Assembly: GCA_963734155.1 (NCBI GenBank)
Contig: CAVTGG010000004.1
Location: 323,983-387,982 of the forward strand
Source of the DNA: an uncultured Acidobacteriota bacterium
Lineage (GTDB): Bacteria > Acidobacteriota > Thermoanaerobaculia > Gp7-AA8
DNA length: 64,000 nucleotides
Direction: 5' to 3'
The notes under the pieces were generated by a model. It was given only the letters and a program-made list of their open reading frames with translations. It ran no database searches and was not told the origin of the DNA. Both the position numbers and the translations under genes were made by a program. Below, in pieces: positions 8,738-19,270 of the stretch. The first letter of the stretch is position 1, and each line of letters opens with the position of its first letter.

Positions 8738-10978
8738 ATGATCCTCCTCATCCTCATGCTGTACGCGGGTCACCCGCTCGTCGAGGCGCTGCGCGATCTC
8801 GAATCGAAGGGGCTCCGCCTCGTGTACAGCGACGACGTCGTGACGCGCGAGATGGTCGTGAAGAGCGAGCCGCGCGCGACCGAACCGCGGCGCGTGCTCG
8901 ACGAGCTGCTGCGCGAGCACGGGCTCACCACGACGCCGGGGCCGCGCGGAACGCTGCTGATCGTCAAAGCGAAAATCGAGGAAGCGGCGCCGGCGCCACA
9001 GTTCCCCATGCCGAAGACGCTCGCGGAGATCGTGGTGACGCCGAGCCGTTTCGAGCTTCTCGGTGAGGAGCCCGAGCAGCGGCAGTTTCTGAGTCGCGAA
9101 GAAGTCCGCCGCGTGCCGCACATCTCCGACGATTTCTATCGCGCGATCCGCCGCATCCCCGGCGCGGCGTCGGACGATCTCACGGCGCGCTTCAACATCC
9201 GCGGCGGCGAAGAAGACGAGGCCGTGATCCTCCTCGACGGCGCGGAGATCTACGACCCGTTTCACGTGAAGGACATCGTGCGCGCGTTCTCGATCATCGA
9301 CACCGAGGCCATCGGGTCGGTCGACATCCTGACGGGCGGGTTCCCGGCGGAGTACGGCGGGCGGATGAGCGGCGTGATCGACATCGCTTCGCTCGCGCCG
9401 TCGGAGACGAAGACCGAGATCGGCGCGAGTCTGCTCAACCTGCACGGGCTGTCGCAGGGAACGCTGGCGGACGGGCGCGGGCAGTGGCTGCTGTCGATCC
9501 GCCGCGGATATCTGCACGAACTGCTGGAGCTGGTCGACTCGACGAACGACGTCGATCCGCGTTACTACGATCTCCTCGCCAAGCTGCAATGGACGCTCGG
9601 CGCGAAGAACGTTCTCTCCGCGCACGTCCTGGCCTCGCGCGACGTGCTGCGCGTCGAGGAGTCGAGCAACGACGACGTGAAGGCGACGTATCGCGATACG
9701 TACGCGTGGCTGAATCTGCGCAGCACTCCGCGCGACGGGCTGCTCCTGCAGAACGTGCTGCAGTACGGCACGTCCGGACGCGACCGGCACGGCGTGTACG
9801 AAGACAACGCGCAGTTCGGAAACGTGAAGGACGTCCGCGACTTCGACTTCGCGGGCCTGAGGAGCGACGCCTCGTACAACGTCTCGGCGCGGAATCTGAT
9901 CAAGGGCGGCGTCACGATCCGGCGTGCGAAGGCGCGTTACGACTACGACGGCGAAGCGCTGATCGCAGGGACGCTGCTCGAGCTCGGCGCGCCGCCGCGA
10001 CGCATCAGCAATCACGCGCACACCAGCATCACGTCGACCGAGGTCGCCGTGTATGCGTCGGATCGATTCAAGGCCGGCGAGCGCGTGATCGTCGAGACGG
10101 GCGCGCGGTGGGAGACGGAGAGCCACACGCCCGACGGCGGGCATTTCTCGCCACGTATCAACGCCGCCTGGATGGTCTCGCCGGCCACGACGGTGCGCGC
10201 GGCGTGGGGACATTTCTATCAGCCGCAGGGCGTGTATGAGCTGCAGGTGGAAGACGGCGTCACGAATTTCTTCCCCGCCCAACGCGCGGAGCATCGCGTG
10301 ATCGGCGTCGATCAGCAGTTCGGACGGGCGCTCACCGCGCGCGTGGAGTTGTACGACAAAGTCTTCACCGATCCGCGGCCGCGCTTCGAGAATCTGTTCG
10401 ATCGCATCGTCGTGTTTCCGGAGCTGCGCGACGACCGCACGCGCGTCGCGCCGGAGCGCTCGACCGCGCGCGGCGCCGAGGTGCTGCTGCGCCACGACTC
10501 GCAGGGCGCGCTCAGCGGCTGGATCCACTTCACGCGCGCGACGGTGACGGATGAAATCGGAGGCCGCCGCGTGCCCCGCGCGTGGGATCAGCGGAACGCG
10601 GCGACGTTCTGCGTCAACTACAAGATCGGCGCGTCGTGGAACTTCAACGTCGCCGCGACGTGGCACAGCGGCTGGCCGTCGACGCCGCTGCTCGTTTCGG
10701 CAACGGGCGCGCAGCTGCAGAGCGAGCTCGGTCCGCTGCGCTCGGAGCGGCTGCCCGCGTACCGCCGCGTCGACGTCCGCGCGTCACGCCGCGTCGCCAC
10801 GGCCGGCGGGACGTTCACGTTTTTTGTCGATGTCTTCAACGCGCTCAACCAGTCGAACGCGAGCAGCGTGAACGGCTTCCTCGTCGAGCAGCAAAGCGAC
10901 GGCACGTTCTCGACGAAGCGAATCGAAGACCCGGTGGTCGGCGTCGTTCCGTCGTTCGGCATTTCCTGGCAGTTCTGA
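8738..10978 (+). CDS. TonB-dependent receptor with N-terminal STN (signalling) domain, FecA-like transducer
   Basis: STN domain (LVEALRDLESKGLRLVYSDD...), plug domain, 22-strand barrel region and C-terminal ...GISWQF. Start directly abuts the FecR stop. Confidence 0.8.
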   Translation: MILLILMLYAGHPLVEALRDLESKGLRLVYSDDVVTREMVVKSEPRATEPRRVLDELLREHGLTTTPGPRGTLLIVKAKIEEAAPAPQFPMPKTLAEIVVTPSRFELLGEEPEQRQFLSREEVRRVPHISDDFYRAIRRIPGAASDDLTARFNIRGGEEDEAVILLDGAEIYDPFHVKDIVRAFSIIDTEAIGSVDILTGGFPAEYGGRMSGVIDIASLAPSETKTEIGASLLNLHGLSQGTLADGRGQWLLSIRRGYLHELLELVDSTNDVDPRYYDLLAKLQWTLGAKNVLSAHVLASRDVLRVEESSNDDVKATYRDTYAWLNLRSTPRDGLLLQNVLQYGTSGRDRHGVYEDNAQFGNVKDVRDFDFAGLRSDASYNVSARNLIKGGVTIRRAKARYDYDGEALIAGTLLELGAPPRRISNHAHTSITSTEVAVYASDRFKAGERVIVETGARWETESHTPDGGHFSPRINAAWMVSPATTVRAAWGHFYQPQGVYELQVEDGVTNFFPAQRAEHRVIGVDQQFGRALTARVELYDKVFTDPRPRFENLFDRIVVFPELRDDRTRVAPERSTARGAEVLLRHDSQGALSGWIHFTRATVTDEIGGRRVPRAWDQRNAATFCVNYKIGASWNFNVAATWHSGWPSTPLLVSATGAQLQSELGPLRSERLPAYRRVDVRASRRVATAGGTFTFFVDVFNALNQSNASSVNGFLVEQQSDGTFSTKRIEDPVVGVVPSFGISWQF

Positions 10979-10990
10979 TCGGAGAGTCCT

Positions 10991-12223
10991 ATGCGCAAAG
11001 CGATTCTGTTTCTCACGGTGATGCTGTTCACGTTCGCGGCGGCGAAACGCCGCTCGGCCACGTCTCCCGGGCAAGTGACGTACAACAAGGAAGTGGTGCG
11101 CATCCTCCAGGAGCATTGCCAGAGCTGCCACCGGCCGGGCGACATCGGGCCGTTCTCGCTGATGACGTATCGCGACGCGGCGGCGATGGCGCCGCAGATC
11201 AAGCTGATGACGAAGCTGCGCAAGATGCCGCCGTGGAAGCCGGCCGAGCACGTCGGCGACTTCGTCGGCGCGCGGCGACTCACGCAGCAACAGATCGACA
11301 CGCTCGCGCAGTGGGCCGACGCCGGCGCGCCGGAAGGGCGGCCGGAAGATCTGCCGCCCGCGCCGGAGCCGAAAGGCGACTGGATCCTCGGCGCGCCCGA
11401 CATGATCCTCGGCATGCAGAAGGACTTCACTCCGCCCGCGAATCGCGACGAGTACCGCTGCTTCTCGATTCCGGTGCCGGCGAACGACGACTTGTGGATC
11501 TCGACGATCGACTTCCGTCCCGGCGACCGCGCGACCGTGCATCACATCGTGCAGTATCTCGATCCCACCGGCGCGAGCGCGCAGCTCGACCGGGATGGCA
11601 GCGGCTTCACCTGCTTCGGCGGGCCGCTCGTCGACGACGCCGACGTTCTCGGCGCGTGGTCGCCGGGCGGACGTCCGACGCCGCTGCCCGACGGAACGGC
11701 CATCCGCCTGCCGAAAGGCGCGCGCGTGCTGATGCAGGTGCACTATCACCCGCACTTCGGCAAAGTCGGCGTGGACCGCACCGAGATCGGCCTCTACTTC
11801 GCGAAGTCGGAAGTGAAGAAGGTGATGCGCTACGACGCGGTTCTGAACACGCGACTCTTCATCCCCGCCGGCGCGGCGAATCAGCGCATCGAGGCGACGG
11901 CGACGCTCGGCGCCGACATTGAGATGGTGTCGATCTACCCACACATGCATCTTCTCGGCAAGAGCATCCGCGCCGACGCGATCCTCCCCGACGGCACGGT
12001 CCTGCACCTGATCGACATCCCGCAGTACGAGTTTCAGTGGCAGGGACAGTACGTCTACAAAGCTCCCGTCAAGCTGCCGAAGGGCACGCGGCTGCTCATC
12101 GAGAGCTTCTACGACAACTCGACGAACAACCTGCAGAACCCGAACTCGCCGCCGAAGGACGTACGGTGGGGCGAGGCGAGCACGGATGAGATGTGCATCG
12201 CGCTGTTTGGGTACACGAGTTAG
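10991..12223 (+). CDS. Periplasmic cytochrome c domain fused to a PHM/DBH-like type-2 copper monooxygenase core (Cu2_monooxygen-like)
   Basis: Signal peptide, CQSCH heme-c motif, then CuH-site-like HH (VHHIVQY) + H (VHYHPHF) and CuM-site-like HxH (YPHMHLLGK) + Met (DEMCIAL), in the order and spacing of peptidylglycine alpha-hydroxylating monooxygenase. Confidence 0.6.
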   Translation: MRKAILFLTVMLFTFAAAKRRSATSPGQVTYNKEVVRILQEHCQSCHRPGDIGPFSLMTYRDAAAMAPQIKLMTKLRKMPPWKPAEHVGDFVGARRLTQQQIDTLAQWADAGAPEGRPEDLPPAPEPKGDWILGAPDMILGMQKDFTPPANRDEYRCFSIPVPANDDLWISTIDFRPGDRATVHHIVQYLDPTGASAQLDRDGSGFTCFGGPLVDDADVLGAWSPGGRPTPLPDGTAIRLPKGARVLMQVHYHPHFGKVGVDRTEIGLYFAKSEVKKVMRYDAVLNTRLFIPAGAANQRIEATATLGADIEMVSIYPHMHLLGKSIRADAILPDGTVLHLIDIPQYEFQWQGQYVYKAPVKLPKGTRLLIESFYDNSTNNLQNPNSPPKDVRWGEASTDEMCIALFGYTS

Positions 12224-12229
12224 GAAACA

Positions 12230-12358
12230 CCCCTCATCCGGCCTTCGGCCACCTTCTCCCCGCAAGCGGGGAGAAGGGCTCTCGCGGCACCTCTCGTCGA
12301 GTGCCCCTCTCCCCGCTTGCGGGGAGAGGGTGGCGCGAAGCGCCGGGTGAGGGGCCGT
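12230..12358. repeat. Composite inverted repeat of two ~50-nt inverted copies, each with an internal CTCCCCGC-N4-GCGGGGAG hairpin, between convergent genes; probable bidirectional terminator / REP-like element
   Basis: acccctcatccggccttcggccaccttctccccgcaagcggggagaagggc ... gcccctctccccgcttgcggggagagggtggcgcgaagcgccgggtgaggggc. Confidence 0.7.
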
Positions 12359-12360
12359 GC

Positions 12361-13755
12361 CTACACGACGTCGTAGTAGAACCGCTGCAACACGTTCTCC
12401 GCGAGCTGCAAACGGAAGTCGCGCGATCCGCGGACGTCGCTGATCGGCGCGACTTCTCCGCGGGCGATCTCGCCTGCCTCGGCGAACGTTTCGCGGGCGA
12501 GCGTTTTGCCGGCGAGGAACTGCTCGGTCTTCGGCAGGCGCAAAACGACCGGCGCAACGCCGCCGTACGCGATGCGGATCGAGTCGACGCGGCCGTCATT
12601 GCGGCGCATCAGCATCGCGGCAGTGAACGACGAAATATCGAGATGGCTGCGCTTCGAGATCTTGTAGAGGCGCAGCGTCTCGCTCTTCGACGGGAGCGGG
12701 ATGACGATGCGGGTGATGATCTCGTCGGGCTTGAGGTCGAGCGTCTTGTAGCCGAGGTAGAAATCGGAGATGGCGACGGTGCGGGTGCCGGAGAGGCCGG
12801 TCAATTCGAGCGATGCGTTCGTGACGAACAGGAACGGGAGCGTGTCGGCGATCGGCGAGGCGTTGGCGATGTTGCCGGCGAGCGTGCCGGCGTTCTTGAT
12901 CTGCGGCGAGCCGAAGCGATCCATGATCGGCGCGAGCTCGGGGATGAGCTCGCGCACCGCGACTTCGAAGTCGGCCAGCGACGCGCGTCCGCCGACGACG
13001 AGCGCGCCGTCGACCTGGCGAATGTCGCCGAATCCTTCCACTGCATCGAGCGAAAGCATCGCCTCGGCGACGAAGCCGCGCTTGTTGCACCAGACGCCGA
13101 AGTCGGTCGCGCCCTGCACGATCACGCACTTTGCATGTTCGGATTTGAACCGGATCGCGCTTTCGAGGTCGGTGGCTTTGAAGAAATTCTCGATGCGCAC
13201 TTCATCGCGCTCGTGTTGTTGGATCGCTTCAACGATCGGCGCGGACGGATAGAGCTGCGCGATCTTCGGCTGCTCTGTCGCTTCGAGTGCGGCTTTGATG
13301 ATCGACGTGTAGCCGGTGCAGCGGCAGAGATTTCCGGTGAGCGCGGCGCGGACGTCGTTCTCGGTCGGATGCGACGTGCATTCGTACATGCCGGCCATGG
13401 CCATGATGAAGCCGGGCGTGCAGTAGCCGCACTGCGCGCCGTGGCAGCGCACCATCGCGTCCTGCACCGGCGTCAGCTCGCCGCCGCGCGCGAGTCCTTC
13501 GACCGTGACGATGTGCGTGCAGTCGAGCTGAAAGAGAAATTGGATGCAGGAGTTGATCGGGCGGTAGGACAGCGCGCCGTTCTCGCGACGCCCCACGAGC
13601 ACCGTGCACGCGCCGCAGTCCCCTTCTTCACAAACGATCTTCGTGCCGGTCTCGCGCTGGTCGTAGCGGAGAAATCGCGAGAGCGTCTGAAACGCCTGCG
13701 GCGCCGCGATGCGATGCGGGACGCCGTTGATGTGGACGAGGAGATGGTCGCGCAC
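12361..13755 (-). CDS. xdhA: Xanthine dehydrogenase small subunit (2Fe-2S ferredoxin + FAD-binding domains)
   Basis: CEEGDCGACTV, CHGAQCGYCTPGF and CRCTGY iron-sulfur motifs, then an FAD-binding PCMH domain. Confidence 0.9.
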   Translation of the reverse strand: MRDHLLVHINGVPHRIAAPQAFQTLSRFLRYDQRETGTKIVCEEGDCGACTVLVGRRENGALSYRPINSCIQFLFQLDCTHIVTVEGLARGGELTPVQDAMVRCHGAQCGYCTPGFIMAMAGMYECTSHPTENDVRAALTGNLCRCTGYTSIIKAALEATEQPKIAQLYPSAPIVEAIQQHERDEVRIENFFKATDLESAIRFKSEHAKCVIVQGATDFGVWCNKRGFVAEAMLSLDAVEGFGDIRQVDGALVVGGRASLADFEVAVRELIPELAPIMDRFGSPQIKNAGTLAGNIANASPIADTLPFLFVTNASLELTGLSGTRTVAISDFYLGYKTLDLKPDEIITRIVIPLPSKSETLRLYKISKRSHLDISSFTAAMLMRRNDGRVDSIRIAYGGVAPVVLRLPKTEQFLAGKTLARETFAEAGEIARGEVAPISDVRGSRDFRLQLAENVLQRFYYDVV

Positions 13756-13773
13756 GGTGCGCGCGATTGTAAT

Positions 13774-14781
13774 TCAGCGTGCCGCGCGGCGCTTCGTGAT
13801 CACCGGCTGCAGCGCCGCGCGCCACTCGCCAACGACCGTCATCGCCATGATCCTGTACGTCGACGGCGGTAGCACCGCGACGGCGGCGGCCGTGTTCGGC
13901 GAAGCAAAATCGACCCGCGCCAACAACGTGCCCTTCCCGGCCCAGAACCCGTTCGCGTCCGGCGTCAACACGAGGTGATACGCCGGCACGCGATAGACCG
14001 CGAGCTGCTTTCCCGTCCGATCGAACCGCCGCACGTCGTTGAACGTCGCGACGAGAAAATCGCCGTTCGGCAGTTGCCGGATGCCGGCCGCTCCTTGCGC
14101 ATCCTCGGGGAGCACGAACAGGTCGGGGGCCGCGCGATTCGTGCAGATGTCGAAGGCACGAATGCGCCGCGCGTTGCTCAGCCGGTCGTCGTTGAACGCG
14201 ATGCCCAGCGTCCACGCCACTGTGCACTGGTCCGCGAGCAGCTCGATGAACCGCGCGCCGTTGTATCGCGCGCCCAGCTCCATCGTCACCGGAGGAAGGT
14301 AATACGCGCCTGCAACTTTGCCGTCGCGGCTGAATCGGATGAGCTTGGGAAACTCCCGCTGGTAGGCGCCTTCCTCGGCGAGCAGCAACTCGCCGGATCG
14401 CATCTGCAGAAGGTCCCCGGGAAAAACGAGATTGCGGTCTTTCAGGTACTGGGCGCTGACCGTGCGCGCATCGGGCGAAACGACGACGAATGCGTCGGAC
14501 TTCAGCGCGTTCGAGTTCGTAAAGGCCGCGTAGAGAACGCCGCCGGTGACGAGGAAGCCGCGGGATGGCGGGAACTGGTCCGTTTCCGAACGATGCCCGT
14601 AGAAGTCTTTCTGCGCTCCCGACGAATCGAAGATCGTCATGTCGACGTGCGGGACGCAGCGTTCGGGAATGCAGTTGGCCAATTGATCGGATTGCACGAT
14701 GACGTCGCCGCGCTGAAAGGTCTGGGCATTCGCGGCAACGACGCAGAGGAGGAAGGCGAGAACGACGGAAGCGCGGTGCAT
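13774..14781 (-). CDS. Hypothetical secreted protein (signal peptide; possible beta-propeller fold)
   Basis: Starts MHRASVVLAFLLCVVAANAQ. Sits upstream of xdhA on the same strand. No recognisable catalytic motif. Confidence 0.5.
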   Translation of the reverse strand: MHRASVVLAFLLCVVAANAQTFQRGDVIVQSDQLANCIPERCVPHVDMTIFDSSGAQKDFYGHRSETDQFPPSRGFLVTGGVLYAAFTNSNALKSDAFVVVSPDARTVSAQYLKDRNLVFPGDLLQMRSGELLLAEEGAYQREFPKLIRFSRDGKVAGAYYLPPVTMELGARYNGARFIELLADQCTVAWTLGIAFNDDRLSNARRIRAFDICTNRAAPDLFVLPEDAQGAAGIRQLPNGDFLVATFNDVRRFDRTGKQLAVYRVPAYHLVLTPDANGFWAGKGTLLARVDFASPNTAAAVAVLPPSTYRIMAMTVVGEWRAALQPVITKRRAAR

Positions 14782-14833
14782 AAAGTTATTTTTAGCACCG
14801 AACACCCGAGTTCGCAACGGGGAGAAATGGAAA

Positions 14834-15265
14834 TCAGCCGATCGAGACCAGCTCAAGCTCGAACGTCAGATCTTTTCCCGCCAGCGGATGATTCGCGTCG
14901 AGCGTGACCTCGTCGTCGTCGAGCGCCGTGACTTGCACGTTCGCGCTGCTGCCATCGGGGAATCCGATGCGCAGCATGTCGCCGACGTCGACGGCAGTGT
15001 CGGGCGGCATCTGATTGCGCGGAACGCTGAAGACCAGTTCTTCCTGGCGGTCGCCGTACGCATTCGCGGCGGCGATGGTCTCCGTCTTCCTGTCGCCGAC
15101 GCTCATGCCTTCGACCGCGCTCTCGAATCCGGGAACGACTTCGCCGGCGCCGAGGGTGAAGCTGATGGGATCACTGCCGGCGGAGCTGTCGAATTCCGTT
15201 CCGTCGGAAAGCGTGCCGCGGTAGTGCACGGAGACAGAGTCGCCGCGTTGTGCCTGTTGGGCCAT
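14834..15265 (-). CDS. FKBP-type peptidyl-prolyl cis-trans isomerase (SlyD/FkpB-like)
   Basis: GDSVSVHYRGTLSDGTEFDSS...FTLGAGEVVPGFESAVEGM, the classic FKBP motif. ATG start is Met9 of the listed ORF; the GTG extension lies inside the hairpin. Confidence 0.8.
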   Translation of the reverse strand: MAQQAQRGDSVSVHYRGTLSDGTEFDSSAGSDPISFTLGAGEVVPGFESAVEGMSVGDRKTETIAAANAYGDRQEELVFSVPRNQMPPDTAVDVGDMLRIGFPDGSSANVQVTALDDDEVTLDANHPLAGKDLTFELELVSIG

Positions 15266-15273
15266 GGAAGCTC

Positions 15274-15339
15274 CGTGGAGGACAGGCACTCCTGCCTGTC
15301 CGGCGTGTGCGAGGACAGGCAGGAGTGCCTGTCCTCCAC
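15274..15339. other. 27-bp perfect inverted repeat (12-nt loop) between the RRM-protein stop and the FKBP start; strong RNA hairpin
   Basis: gtggaggacaggcactcctgcctgtcc-N12-ggacaggcaggagtgcctgtcctccac. On the minus-strand transcript a U-run precedes it and GGAG plus ATG follow. Confidence 0.7.
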
Positions 15340-15352
15340 CAAAAAAGCGGGC

Positions 15353-15832
15353 TTACAAGCTGCGCTTCTTGCCGCGGATGTTGCGTCGGCTGCCTTTGGC
15401 CTTGCCGCCGCCACCACCGTAGCCGCCACCGCCGCCGTAATCGCCGCCGCCACCGCCGCCGCTGTAGTCGCCACCACCGCCGCCATAACCACCGCCGCCG
15501 CCGTAGCCACCACCACCGCCGCCGTAGCCGCCGCCACCGCCGCCGCCGTAACCTCCGCGGCCACCGCCGCCGCCAGCGCCGCGAGGACGATCCTCGGCCT
15601 GGTTCACGCGCAGCGCACGTCCACTGAGCTCGTATCCATTGAATTTCTCAATCGCTTTCGCGGCGTCTTCATCCGACGTGAACTCGACGAACGCGAACCC
15701 TCTCGGCCGGCCGCTCTCGCGATCGGTTGGCAAAAACACGTCGCGGATCTCGCCGATCTGCGAGAAAAGCGTCTGCACTTCAGCACGGGTCGTGTTGAAG
15801 TCCAGATTGCCGACAAACACCTTCGATGCCAT
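15353..15832 (-). CDS. RRM-domain RNA-binding protein with Gly/Tyr-rich C-terminal tail
   Basis: RNP-2 (KVFVGNL) and RNP-1 (RGFAFVEF) motifs, then a (GGYGGGG)n tail. Confidence 0.85.
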   Translation of the reverse strand: MASKVFVGNLDFNTTRAEVQTLFSQIGEIRDVFLPTDRESGRPRGFAFVEFTSDEDAAKAIEKFNGYELSGRALRVNQAEDRPRGAGGGGGRGGYGGGGGGGYGGGGGGYGGGGGYGGGGGDYSGGGGGGDYGGGGGYGGGGGKAKGSRRNIRGKKRSL

Positions 15833-15965
15833 TTTCCTTCATCACCTTTCTGCCGGACGGCACTCGCAAACATCGCGCCTGTGCTCCGGTCACGGAAAAC
15901 AATCTCACGAGAGAGGTGTTATGAGCAACCTTCGTGCTCAATGTCGCGACGCGCGGAGGCGCCGG

Positions 15966-19144
<3,179 letters not shown>

Positions 19145-19150
19145 GGTCAC

Positions 19151-19270
19151 CGCTCGATCCCGCGCCCGTGCCCGTGCCCGTGCCCGAGCCCGAACGGCAA
19201 AGCCAAGCATGTGGCGCGGGCTGCGCTTCGCGTTTCGGGCACGGGCACGGGCACGGGCGCGGGCACGGGT
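19151..19270. repeat. Repeat family 1: long palindromic hairpin built from (GCCCGT)n / (ACGGGC)n hexamer runs, intercistronic between glgE and treS
   Basis: cccgcgcccgtgcccgtgcccgtgcccgagcccg...cgggcacgggcacgggcacgggcgcgggcacggg. Confidence 0.8.

Noticed and set aside
7583-10666. 1027-aa minus-strand ORF antisense to the FecR/TonB-receptor genes. Similar long antisense ORFs occur at 2697..4316, 10784..12265, 12193..13872, 18455..20980, 33867..34958, 44846..47902, 48955..50691 and elsewhere.
   Set aside because: Arg/Ala/Pro-rich low-complexity translations, typical of stop-codon-poor antisense frames in about 70% GC DNA. Each overlaps a well-supported conserved gene on the other strand.
12224-12360. 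Possible tRNA or small RNA gene in the structured 137-nt gap.
   Set aside because: It is a symmetric inverted duplication with nested palindromes and no cloverleaf-compatible arms or anticodon loop. A REP-like terminator element explains it better.
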